Shown one piece after another: positions 1-11,392 of a stretch of 25,000 nucleotides of DNA. Source of the DNA: Takakia lepidozioides (Eukaryota > Plantae > Bryophyta). Under the pieces are notes generated by a model that made no database searches, had not been told where the DNA came from, and saw only the letters and a program-made list of their open reading frames with translations. How positions within the stretch are numbered: position 1 is the stretch's first letter; each line of letters begins with the position of its first letter. The position numbers were made by a program, and so were the translations under genes. The stretch lies in NCBI GenBank assembly GCA_030704615.1, contig JAKLZA010000273.1:1-25000 (forward strand), read 5' to 3'.

Positions 1-1071
1 GCCTTTCAGATGGATTGCCACGCTCGAGAACCCAAACCCGGCCTTTCATTGAGCTTACCACCTTGGGTAACCCATCTCAGCGAATGAGCCCATTTGTCAC
101 TAGTACGAGGGATGGCCGCCATTAGATTCTGACAAACCAGCCTGCTCCGAGGGCTAGAAAGGTGAGAAAGAGCTCTAGGGACCCACTTGGCCAACAAGGC
201 CGTGATTTGTGTTTGGGGATCTAACACCCCTAATCCCCCGTTTTTTTTGCATTGAGTAAGTTGATCCCAGCTTACTAAAGCTCTTTTGGAGGCGGAGAAA
301 GGAGTAGCACCCCAAATAAAATTCCTCATCAGAGATTTCACTTTTTTTTTATGATGGAAGCCTCAGGCGACCATACTGAAGCAAGAAACCACAAAGAGGC
401 GAAAATCACCTGGTTAGCAATCAAAGCTCTACCCACGAGAGACAAATGCAATGAACTCCAATGCACAAGCTTTCTTTTTAGCTTGGATAGGGCAGCAGCA
501 AACTTGGCATCAGAGATATTGGTCCCCACCAGCTGCCCTAAAATCTCATGAGATTCACCATCCAAAAGCCACCTCAAGCCCAATTCGATACCCCACGGGT
601 CAATGTGTGCAGCGATAGAAGGATCAGCTAGCTGGCTTAACAAACCAACCAACTTATTCCAATTAATTTAAAGGCCTGAAGCTGCACAAAATGTCTTCAA
701 AGAATTGAGGGCTGCATTGACGTTGGAAATGGAGGAGTTATTGATGAACAGAGAAGTATCATCAGCATACAACGAGGAGCGAATGGAGGAGGCGAGGTCA
801 TTTGAAGAGTTAGGAATCACCAGACCCAGGGTATCTTTTCTCTTATCCAGCAAGTGACCCAGCCCATCAGCCGTAATTAAAAAAAGAAAGGGAGGTAACG
901 GGCACCCCTGTCTGACAGACTTGGAAAGAGGGAAGGCTTTGGAAACTACACCATTAACCACCACTCTGCTTGAAGCAGAAGAGAGAAGGATTCGAATCCA
1001 TTGACGAAAGTTACCATTGATCCCAATCACTTCTAAGGCACCCAAGAGATAGCTCCAATTAATGTTATCGA
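1..1071 (-). mobile_element. Degenerate, 5'-truncated L1-clade LINE (RT and downstream region), running off the left edge
   Basis: Consecutive minus ORFs 668-1045, 338-652 and 6-341 carry DNINWSYL, VRQGCPL(P)PFLF, YADD, W...LSLVGR...NQV, V.WDQL...KKNGGLG. There is an in-frame stop at 668-670 and a frameshift at the T-run near 342-350. The RT similarity stops abruptly near 1071, inside intron-like sequence upstream of the DLH last exon. Confidence 0.9.
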
Positions 1072-1265
1072 TCTCTATTGATTTCTTTCAGAGATAACTC
1101 TACCTTTGCTGCATGGCTGTGGAGTGCGTTTTCATTTTCATGGTCTTTATAACAGAATTTGGAGGCAATTTCCAAGGCACTTTCGTTTTTAGCTAGGCTT
1201 GTGCTGTATAACCTGGAGCTGAGCTCTTTGTCTTTGACGAATTGGAAATATTTGCTGGTTTGCAG

Positions 1266-1398
1266 TTAAAAAGCTATGTGAAGATATTTCCAGACGTGAA
1301 GCATGGTTGGACAATACGATACGATGAAAACAGCAGCAATGGAGACGGCCATAGAGGCACACCAGCTCATGCTCGACTGGTTTGCCAAGTACCTCTAA
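1266..1398 (+). pseudogene. Last exon of a dienelactone-hydrolase-family (plant endo-1,3;1,4-beta-glucanase-like) gene, frameshifted
   Basis: Acceptor TTTGCAG ends at 1265. The exon reads LKSYVKIFPDVKHGWTIRYDEN (catalytic His motif HGW). After a frameshift near 1331 it reads AAMETAIEAHQLMLDWFAKYL*, with TAA at 1396-1398. Confidence 0.85.
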
Positions 1399-2698
1399 AC
1401 ATCCAAAGGCTTAAGGGTAGAAAGGGCCTGAATTATTTTCCTCCTCCTTCTGCAAGGGCCTGAATTGTGAGCTGGACTTGCAGTTTTTCCCTTTTTAGAA
1501 AGAATAATGATACTTTGTCATATCATTGTAATAAACCCTAAAGTTGTAATAAACCAAGGTTTTGGCATATACAACAATTGTATTTGATGTGCATTGAAGC
1601 TTGCATTGATCATGCTACAAGCTGCATAGATATGCCCTTGTTGGTGATGGTGAAATATTGTCAGGCTTTTCCTAACAGTTCTGAGGCAGAATTTTGATTC
1701 TCTCTCATAAGAGGCTTTTACACTATGTAAGGTCTACTGATGTAGGGTTTGAAACGGTTGAACCATAGACTTCGGGCTCCCAGCCTTGGTGCTTGGTTCT
1801 TTGGGGTGCCTTTACCCTATACAAAGAGCTTACTGACCATGCTCAATTTTCTCTGTAATGTTTAGCACAACCAAGTCCCCATGGTTTATTGGCCTTGCCT
1901 TGTAGCAGGGACTGTGCAGCACCTTAGGTCCGTATATCTCGAGTGGGTCCCAACTGGGCACACGCTCTTTATGTCCCCCATGTGCTCCATATTCCAGCAG
2001 CAGCGACTTCTACGGATTTCGGGCGCTGCATCCTCTCGGATGGCAAGTCGGGATGGGCTTGGTTCTTCGAGTCTCACAATCCGAATCTCTAGAGAGCCAT
2101 GTCTAAAATCGCCTTGATGGCTTCTTCAGCAGACCAAGGTCGCGAGGAGCCTTTCCTTCCTCCCTGATCGTAAACAAGCTGTGAAGCATGGAGCTTGGAT
2201 GCACCTCTTGGGAAGCAACAAGGTGCAAAAATTGCCTTGACACACATAGCTTACGATGACATAAACATGGCCAATCCAGTGGAAGACGGGTTGTAAAGAT
2301 TGCCCTGGTGCGCAATCGTGATAGGCAGGAGCTGTCAAACAGTGAAGATGAGCATCATATAATAAATCAACCTGCGAAGCCAAACCAAGGTGCCCATGTT
2401 CTTAGTTGGGGGAAGACTCCTGTATAGAGTGGGCTGCGCTGGGGCATTGGTGGTAATTCCTTGAAGAGAGTTGGTAGAGCCGGTGGAGACAGTGTACACC
2501 AAAATGAACACTATCTTTAAGACTGTAAAGGGGTAAAACCACATGAAAGTTAGCAAGAGAGAGCTTGAACGAAGCGCCAAGGTCGAGAGAATATGACGAG
2601 TAGGGGGGTAAGACAGAAGGTGGGGTGGGGTAGTCAGGTCGCGAGCACAAGCTTGAGTCATGGCGGCGGTCGTAGCTAAAGCTGAAGAGAGGGCCAAA

Positions 2699-3744
2699 AT
2701 TTTCTTTTACATATTAAAGTTTATCCTCTCTATTTCCTTTGAAGTTGTCTTTATTGATAACTTTTACTGTGAGGTCGAGGACCACTAAATTGCCTAATCC
2801 AAGAAGAGCCTGACATTCGATACAAAAGCTTGTGCACTGCTATAAGATCTCAAAGGAACCTTTCAAATGATCTACGATATTTAGGCAACTGTAAGCTCCC
2901 AATGACACCCTAGTGACGATTTCTGGGAGGAGTTTCATGTCTTGTGGGAGGAGAGTCAATGCCCTCTCCGATTTTTAGAAGGAGAATGACGATCTCTTGG
3001 AGGTGAATCATGCCCTCCAACGTGCCGACTAGGGGCCCACATCTGCGGGACTTCGGGGATACGCTGCCTTCCCTTTTGTTGTCAAGTGCTCTCATTGTCC
3101 ACTGCATCCCCAATGTCACCAAAGATCATGTCAAACTTTGAATTCTCCCACTTCAGAGGGTTGTTGAACACTAGTAAACATTGGTGCGAAGAATTAGAGA
3201 GAGGAATGTGTGTAAAAAGGCTGATTGCTCCTTTAGCCAGGTACCCAACACAGCCTGGTACTACATATTTCGAACCCAGCACTGGATAGTGTGGATGAAT
3301 TGCCGTCAAGATGAAGGCCCGCTAAGCCACAACTCAGCTCTCTTTATGCTAGAAAACCTTCAGCGTGCTTAAGATGAGAATAAACCAAAAAAAAAAAGAA
3401 TAAACTCATAGGACAATGTTAAATGTTCCCAAGGAGAAAGAAAGGAACTTCAGAGGAAGCCTATCTGGTCCACTTGCAGAGAAAGAGAGATGACTCCGAA
3501 CTGCACTGCAGCGCACTAAAAATCATCTCCCAATTTCGGTGGGTACCTAATGTAATGCACGTTTGGGTCTAGAGAACATCCTTATCTTAAAGATCAGCAA
3601 GTGTTCTCCTTTCAATATTAGATCACAGTAGCCTTGAATGAGGTCAGGCATGAAGGTTTGAATAATAGTGATGGGCAGTTCATTCACCATGGAATGTAAT
3701 TTTTGATTCACAAACTTTGAGGTACATGTATCTGCAAATTTGGT
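2699..3744. repeat. About 1.05-kb segment, copy 1 of a direct repeat (copy 2 at 11393-12475)
   Basis: Colinear high similarity from 'tttacatatt..gtttatcctc' to 'gtatctgcaaatttggt'. Near-identical ORF translations occur in both copies (e.g. 3082-3309 vs 11770-11970). Confidence 0.95.
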
Positions 3745-4133
3745 GGTCAAGTGACTGACAGATTCATTGTTTGGTGACCGCAGAGACCACCGTTGGAGTA
3801 AAAGCACATGTCCAGAATGGCCAGGCCACAGACTGCTAAGCCACCCCATCAGTGTGCTGAAATTCATGTAAAATTGATAATAATATAATTAAAATTATAA
3901 ATAATTTCAGAAAATACCAGTGAACAGTATGATACATTGACTGAAACTCAAGTATGAGAGGGTTGCAGTTATGAGTATGCGACTGTGTCAAGGTCAACAG
4001 TAGCAGGATGATGCAGGTGTTTCATATGCCCGAACTTCAGCATGCACAGTAGAGTACTAATCTTTATCAGTGACAGGTTCTCATATTCTGGCGCCTTTTC
4101 ACTGCCAACAGATTGTTTGCAGCAAATCCTGTA

Positions 4134-4192
4134 TTACATCAGCTGGGTTTTCTGTTGAAAATCCGCTCGTGTATTTTGCAGACGGGCCTTTT
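4134..4192 (+). repeat. About 55-bp local duplicate of the DUF2921-like fragment (second copy about 4894-4955)
   Basis: cagctgggttttctgttgaaaatccgctcgtgtattttgcaga vs cagctgggttttctgttcaaaatccgctcgggtattttgcaga. Confidence 0.9.
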
Positions 4193-4334
4193 TAGCAATT
4201 GTCACATGATCTGAGGTGGAATCTTAGTACGATTAGGGTCTGATAGAGTGACTGGTCACATTTTCCAAAGCCCTTGTGTATTTGATGAGTTTCAGGGCTC
4301 ATCAGAATTGCTTGCCATGATAAGTTTCCCATCA

Positions 4335-4478
4335 ATGTGGCGAGCCTTGCTTGGTGCCTGCAGAATACATGACAATGTGGAGGACATAGCAGAACGTGCA
4401 GCAAACTGGCTTCTCAAGTGGGATCCACATGGTGCTGCTACTTATGTGCTGCTATCAAACATCTATGCTTCAGCAGGT
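4335..4478 (+). pseudogene. Isolated fragment of a PLS-class PPR protein (E domain)
   Basis: MWRALLGACRIHDNVEDIAERAANWLLKWDPHGAATYVLLSNIYASAG matches the canonical E-motif (W.ALL.ACR.H...YVLLSNIYA..G). No upstream PPR array is present. Confidence 0.9.
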
Positions 4479-4875
4479 GAGATGATCAAGCACAGTGAGA
4501 CAAATGATGGAGAACAGAGGTATCTGCTGCAATTAAAGGTCATCTCAAACATCTTACTGTTTTAATGCTTTTTTTATAAAGAATTCACAAACACTGTGCT
4601 GGTGGCCTTTGATCTCTCTTTGCTGTTAGGCACACAGATTGAAGGTGATCAGCTTTCTTTTGTTCTCAGGAAGAAAAGCCTGTTTCGTGTTGGCTCCAAC
4701 ACCTGTGCAAGGCTTGGCACTAATTGGTGGGCTGTCTCCAACTTCCTTCCACAGGATTAATCTTAGCTGCATTGACCTCATGTTAGACCTACAAATTTGT
4801 GGGTCTTGCTAACTCAGGGTAGGGTCTCTTCAAGCAAGTAGGGTCTCTGGAAGCAAGCAACGAGAATATTTCAAA

Positions 4876-5090
4876 ATGGGAGCTCAGTTGAAGATTACAA
4901 CACCAGCTGGGTTTTCTGTTCAAAATCCGCTCGGGTATTTTGCAGAAGGTCTTTATAATCCCAAGGATGGGAAAATGTACATGAAGGGCTGTCGACCAGT
5001 AGATGCCAATTGGACGCTGCTCCAGGACAATGCAGATTCCTTAGATGATGGGCTTCACTATTCCCTTGAAATTGTTCTGGAGTACCCCTC
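4876..5090 (+). pseudogene. Fragment of a plant DUF2921-like protein
   Basis: FAEGLYNPKDGKMYMKGCRPV...LDDGLHYSLEIVLEYP resembles the AEG.Y....G.M...GCR....G.DC..E..VEYP segment of DUF2921 proteins (from recall). Confidence 0.65.
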
Positions 5091-5114
5091 AGGTTTGTTT
5101 GTGTTTGCAATGCG

Positions 5115-5257
5115 CATTGCATGTGCAAGCTTGGCGGCCCTGGAAAAGGGCAATTATATGATCCATGGTGACATTGTCAAAGCTCGAATTGTATTAGATG
5201 CCATTCTGAACAGTACCCTCATGGACCTGTATGCCAAATAAGGATTGTTTCAGGAGG
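5115..5257 (+). pseudogene. PPR (L/S motif) fragment
   Basis: IACASLAALEKGNYMIHGDIVKARIVLDAILNSTLMDLYAK*G matches ACA.L.ALE.G..IH..I.K.......N.L.D.YAKCG, with the Cys codon replaced by TAA. Confidence 0.85.
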
Positions 5258-6411
5258 ACATGATCGCAAGGTTTGCTGTTACATTCAAGTGACAGGGTTG
5301 CTGTTGCGTGTTTGCACTAACTTTGGGTACTACATTCGTGGACATTTTGCAGATACATGCAAGCTTAATCCGACCCACAACAGGAGCAATCGTGTCATTA
5401 GGAAGGGAGAACCGCTAGGATGGAATTATAATTAGGGTGAAGATTGGCTTTTTGTGACTTTCTTGACAAGATTGGTAGGTCGACGATTTCTGGGAATTCT
5501 CCGAGACCAAGTTCCGGCCTTCTAAGCACCACGGCATCAGGTGCATATCTATACGACATTCAGTTTGGGCGGTTATATGATCACTGCACGAGCATTTCTG
5601 GAAAGGCACATGTTAGAATGAAAAGTCCTTTGTGTATGTGCCCTGTCAACTGTCGGCAGGGTCTCAGGCCTGCTGAGTTGTTGACGGAACCTGCCCTCAC
5701 GCCTGGGTTTTGAGTTCTCATTCCAAGGTTGTGGAGAACAAGGTCACCACTGTCTATTTGGTAAGGCTGCATTACAGAGTCAATCATGCCCTTTGAAAAA
5801 CCTTTGTACATGCTTGATTGCAGCTATGTGTGCTCTGCTTCTGTGTGTGCTGAGCAAATTTTCACACATGTTGGTGGCACATGCAACGTAGGATGCTAGT
5901 CCGCAAATTCCTTCGCATGCTTAGGATCGAATGGTCCTGCAAGTCGTTGAGGAGTACTGTGGTAATTATCTACCTTGTTAGTGCCATGTTATGAGCTAGG
6001 ACCGAGACTGCCCTTAAGATATTTTTATGCTCAGTTTCTTCTTTGTCATGGTTTTCATCTAAGAATTATCTTAGACTGATTTTTCTATTTATTAATCATC
6101 CTCCGGGTTCCTTTTAGGTAACTAGTGCATCTATAGCACATGTGCAGACATTGTTAGCAAGCTATTATGTTGGTCCACTGCAAATACGACAGTTGAAAAC
6201 TATTCCAGTGTCAGTAATTATTAGTTTGATTGACGTCTTCGGTCTAAATTGCATAGCTTGATCCCATGAAAACCTAGCAGTTGGTATGGCAGTTGTAATG
6301 TGCTGCTCCTAGGATAGTTACAAGTGATGATGGTGGAAGTGCCTTCTGACCTCTCTTTGCGGTGTCTAATTAGGTGTTGACTATATTCACATAGGAGTTT
6401 GAATTGGAGCT

Positions 6412-8371
6412 ATGGCACGCACTGCCATGCCTGTAAGGCATCTGGCCACCAAGGCGGCCTGCAAGTCCGCTCCAGCTTTTCGGGGAGAGGCAACTGCAAG
6501 ACGCCTACCCTACGCAAGTCCGCTCCAGTTGACAGAGGGGAGGATCATTCTGAGGGGGAAGATGGTTCTGAGGAGGAAAGTGGCTCTGTGGAAGAAGATG
6601 ACTCTGCCGAAGAGGATCAAATTGGTAAGTTGCAGGGGATTAAATGAGTATTCATTTTTTATTGTAGAATTTTTGTACTGTAATATGGTAACATTCTTCA
6701 AACAGATGGTGACTTTGCTAGTTGTATCTCTTTGAGAACGAGTCATGACTTTGTTTTCACAAATACCAAATATTTGTTAATCTTCTGTTAATGTCTTACT
6801 TTACTGGCACCAATGTGTGTAGGTTCACCAACGGTGCTTACGGTAGGCGCTCAGAGGCAGCTCCTTTTCACAAAACTTTTGAGCGCTCTTTCGGATGAGA
6901 AGTATGGGACGTTTGCCGCAAGTGAAGTAATCCCACCTTCTCAGAAAGGATCTATCCTAGAATTGTGTCTTCCTCTCTATACCATAGACATTGTTAAACT
7001 ACGTGCTGTTGGTGAGCAGTTGGCCTTTGGATGGCAGATGAATTTCTCCAAATTGACCTTTCCTGGGACACCAGAATTCATTTCGAAAATTATACAGCAG
7101 TGGGCTTTGAAGGCAGTCCGCGTATTGGGTCGGTACGGAACTGCTGTGCAACTGGAAGCCCGCCCTGATAAGCTTCTGCTCTTTGAGAGAGGTGGCCACT
7201 TTAAGTTTTGTGGAGATAAGGAGAAGGCAAAAGGAATTTTTGCAACATTTATTATCCAGCTTCCTACCGAAGAGGGTTATAAAGGGGGTGAATTAGTGGT
7301 TCGCCGCAACAACTCGACAAAGACATTTAACTGGCTCAATCGGATTAGCAGAATTGGCTTTTGTTACAGTGTCTTCTTTGGCGATTGTGACTATGAGGTG
7401 CGCAGAATAATTTCGGGCACTCATGTGTGCTTGATGTTTGATTTGGTAAGGCTTGATCCATCTTCAGATGAGGCTTTGCATCAAGCACTGATTTCCAGTA
7501 AAGTGAGAGAGGCTGAGGCTTCATTGCAACCCTGGTCGCAAGATGTAATGAGCGAAGATATCAAATCTTTTGTAAGAAATTGGCTTTTCCATTGGAGCAT
7601 CGTTATTAGGGAAACAAGTTATCATTTGCTGGGTTGAAGGGAGACGACAACATTGTGGCAGAGGTATTAAGGAGTTGTCAAAACAAAAATGGAGAGAGGT
7701 TATTGGACCTGCACCTCTGTCAAGTAACTAAATATCAGCATGGCAATTATGTGGAGATTGATGAACGTGATAGATACAATTATGGCCATGATTCTTCTTC
7801 TGAGGACTTAGTTGATGACAGTGCTAAGGATCATATTATGCGGGATGTTGGACGAGAAGAAATTTCTATCAAAGGTTGGATTGGATTGGATGACAAGGAG
7901 ACTGTGGCTTTCCAGAAAGTGCAGATGGATTTGAAGAGGGAAGTTGTTGTGGGAGAGGGAATGGAACCTTTTTGGGCTAAACCGGATGCAACAAAAGTAT
8001 AGGAGGTACAAATATGAGTCTGGAAACACTCTTGAGCACTGGTACCATAGAGCCATGATATTGGTTTGGCCTAAAAGCGTTGCAAGTTCACTTGCTTGTG
8101 AAACAAGTGTTTCTGGAGCACTAGACCTGTTGGAATCTAGATTGGGGATCAGTGACCCAAACTTTCGAGTACATTTACATCAGATTGTGTGCTACTGTGC
8201 GAACAATGCATCTAGAGTGTGGAAGCATCTAATGAGGTTGGCCGGCATGATAAGAAGAGAGAAAGGCTCGACACGGAGGATGCTGGACTTGACGTCACGA
8301 GGAAGAGAGACAAGAAGACAAAGAGTCACACAAGCAATATCATCGATTTGTCTTCTGATGTCGATGAATAG
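6412..8371 (+). pseudogene. Two-exon gene: histone-H3-tail-like N-terminus, acidic tract, 2OG-Fe(II) oxygenase-like domain, NLS/SIM-like C-terminus; several disruptions
   Basis: Exon 1 (6412-6624) reads MART..VRHLATKAACKSAPA, then after a frameshift LRKSAPVDRGEDHSEGEDGSEEESGSVEEDDSAEEDQI. The intron is 6625-6822 (GTAAGT...TGTAG, phase 1 at both ends). Exon 2 has KLLLFERGGHF..GD.EK..G.FATFIIQLP..GY.GGELVVR, FFGDCDYEV..I.SG, LEHRY..LSFAGLKGDD and GNTLEHWYHRAMILVWP. Frameshifts lie near 6490, 7570, 7995 and 8222, with an in-frame TAG at 7607-7609 and a probable true stop at 8369-8371. Confidence 0.8.
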
Positions 8372-9444
8372 TCTTACAATGTGTTTTTGGAAAGATGTCT
8401 CATGGTGTTGAAGCTTTTGGTATATTGAATCTGGTATCAATCTGCCAGATGAATGCTGCTGGCTAGCCAGGTTTATTGGATTCCAAACGAGTGTGGCCGC
8501 AATGTTGGTAAGTTTGTTGTAGCAAGAACATTGTCCATTAGTAGAAGAGTCGCGCTACTCTCAATAGTTGATCAGGAGCAACATGTAAATTGCTTCAACT
8601 TTGAGTCTATTTTCCTTGCAGTTCTCCTGCAGTGTTAGATGGTATAGTTGTGCACTGACTCTTTGTTGTGGTAGTGTACCTGAATTTTGGCTTTCTGATT
8701 TTAAACAAGGTATTAATCAGTACGAAGGAGATTAGGTAGGATCCTAAAACAGAGTAGTGTGTGTTGGAACTTGGAACTTGTGAAAGTTGTGTGTGGGTTT
8801 TTCTTCTTGTCTCATGCAGATTCATTTTGAATGAATAATCTTTTGATCGAAAAGAGGCCGGAGTTCTTCTTTGGTTTGTGAAGTAGATGGTGTCATTGAT
8901 GTGTTCAGAAATTGCCTCGATTCTGCTTATTCTGTTACCACGAGTTGAAAGAGGTCTGATGACTCTCTGGAGCTGTCTGGTTGATGTGCTATTGCAGTTG
9001 TGGGCTAAGTTCAAGTATGACTGATATGTTAAATACCCTAGTAAGTTGTTGACTCATGAACAGTAATGAGTCATTGACTGAATATAGTTGTGACTTGTGT
9101 TGTGATATATTTTTCTTTTTTATTTTTAATCATGAAGAATCCGTCTTTTGTTGCCGAATTTGACTGAGCTTTTCAAGAGTGATATAGGTCTGAAAACTCT
9201 AATTTGATAATACTGTAGTTTGATACCGAGGAGTTTAGGTCTCACTTGCTCTGTGGCTTGGCAGGGGTTTTTGAGGCCCATGCAATCTTGAGGTGCTTAT
9301 TTTAGAGTCTGCTTTTAAGATTGGGTTCTCATGCTCTCAATTCCTGATTGCTTCTTGTATTATGCTAGTTCAGGAATAATATGTTGTGTGGAGTTACGAA
9401 GGTGAGACGATGCTTGCTAGATTGTTGACTTCCACTGTGAATCA

Positions 9445-9910
<466 letters not shown>

Positions 9911-10358
9911 TGTCCAAATGTGTCCCAGTATAGAGCTACTATGTCAGTGGTGTACAGGTTTATAACTCCAGGACAGACAATGAGGTGCCATCATCCCCCA
10001 GGACTGTGCCCTCAAAACTCATCATAGCCTCTGTTCTAGGCATCTTTTGAGGATGAGCATGGCTGTCTCTGCATCAGTTGTTTTAGGTTGATCGGTTCTA
10101 AGCAGGCTTTGGAAAGGCTACTCTCTGTTTCTATCTTCAGTCTAGGTGAAAATATCAGACATCACTTGGGGCTCCATAGCAGGAGCCAGTTTCTCGTGGG
10201 GATATGGCTTACAGCTTGGTGTAAAGAGTATGACAGGAAACTGGCTGACAAAGTGGCAGATGAGGGCTACCTGGTGGTGGTCCCGAATTTTTTTGGTGAA
10301 GATCCTTACAGGCCTGGAGCTCCAAGGGAGGAATGGATTGCAAATCACCCTCGGGGCC

Positions 10359-10405
10359 CTCTCTCTCTCTCTCTCTCTCTCTTATGAGTACAATCTCTCT
10401 CTCTC
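10359..10405 (+). mobile_element. 13-bp 3'-terminal micro-copy of the RTEX-like LINE inside a (TC)n microsatellite
   Basis: (TC)n-CTTATGAGTACAA(10381-10393)-(TC)6. The insert is identical to the 3' terminus of the element at 18612-18624 (minus strand). Confidence 0.85.
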
Positions 10406-10458
10406 AGAGACACACACACATGTAGACCCTTCAGGATCATCAAGGATGCTGTCCAGCA

Positions 10459-10595
10459 CCTCTGTTCACAAACTTTGAAAATCTTGAGGCTGAGCCTAAA
10501 GCCCTGGGGATCTAATGGTTGGGCAGCTCACACACAACAGATTGATGCTTGTGTGAAGGATGTCTCGAGGAAATCTGGAAAGCCCAAACCAATTG
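10459..10595 (+). mobile_element. Older internal fragment of the RTEX-like LINE 3' region
   Basis: aactttgaaaatcttgaggctgagcctaaagcc...cacacacaacagattgatgcttgtgtgaagga aligns to the reverse complement of about 18750-18890. Confidence 0.85.
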
Positions 10596-11392
10596 TTCAG
10601 GTGAAGTCAAAGTGGAATGTGCACCAGTGAAGACATGATGAGTTGGAGAGCTTTGCAACCAGATGAGTAGCAAGCAGGGGCTGTAGCCTAGATTGGATGG
10701 CTTTAGGATATTCCTTCACTGTGAGGGTGTGGCTTTTTAACAACCTGTGTGATGGTGATGCAGTCTGAATCAGTAGGTGTTGCAAAGCAGTGTGTGGAGG
10801 AAATTAAGGCCAAAGGAATAAGCTCCTTCGGTGTAGCAGGCTTCTGTGGGGGAGGTGTTACTGTTTAGCTGTTCTGATTGTTTTTCTTTCAAGCTTTACT
10901 CCTGGTTCTGTCGTCATTTGCTGGATATGCTCAACATTTATCTGGTCCTGCCCCTTTTCCAAAATTGCTGTTGTAACATCCACGATATATAAACTAATAC
11001 AGTTGCCTCTCAGACTGTCCATATTTGGATCTGTCTTTGATGATATATCTTTAGTGTTTGTGCAGCAAAGTTGCAGTTCTTCTTGGAAAGGAGGAGATTA
11101 TTAAAGGGGTCATGCAGCTGCATCCCTCCCTGCTTGAAACTTCAGACTACGAAGGCCAGTCCATTGCCGTAGTCTGTGAGGAGTTATGGTTTTATTTTGC
11201 GTTCACTTTCCAAATATTTTTCTGTATGCTTGTAATCTTCAGTGCTTAGCAAATTCGGATCCATCTCCATTTTTTTCCTCTCTTTTCTTGCTTGTTCCAA
11301 GTGCAGAAGAGATAAGTCTGGAAATCCTCATTAGCTTTCTGACTCGCATAAGGCCTTCCGATTGTGACTCATCTGAGCTTGCTAACTGCAAC

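Larger units (their letters stand above)
10237..11154 (+). pseudogene. Second DLH-family copy: three internal exons (10237 to about 10353, 10764-10854, 11066-11154), disrupted, 3' exons absent
   Basis: The exons read RKLADKVADEGYLVVVPNFFGEDPY, SESVGVAKQCVEEIKAKGISSFGVAGFCGG (GFCWG nucleophile elbow with W>G) and KVAVLLGKEEIIKGVMQLHPSLLETSDYE. AG acceptors are present. The first donor is lost next to a (TC)n, there is a 1-nt phase mismatch at 11066, and the last donor is GC. Confidence 0.85.

Noticed and set aside
1526-1555. Telo-box AAACCCTAA within a 12-bp direct repeat
   Set aside because: A single motif in a 3'-UTR-like AT-rich region with no supporting context.
6412-6735. A true histone H3 or CENH3 gene
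   Set aside because: Only tail-like motifs are present. No KPHRYRPG or histone fold appears in any frame, and the ORF continues into AT-rich intron.
8607-9014. 135-aa minus-strand ORF
   Set aside because: Non-ATG start, no motifs, and it lies in T-rich 3' flanking sequence.
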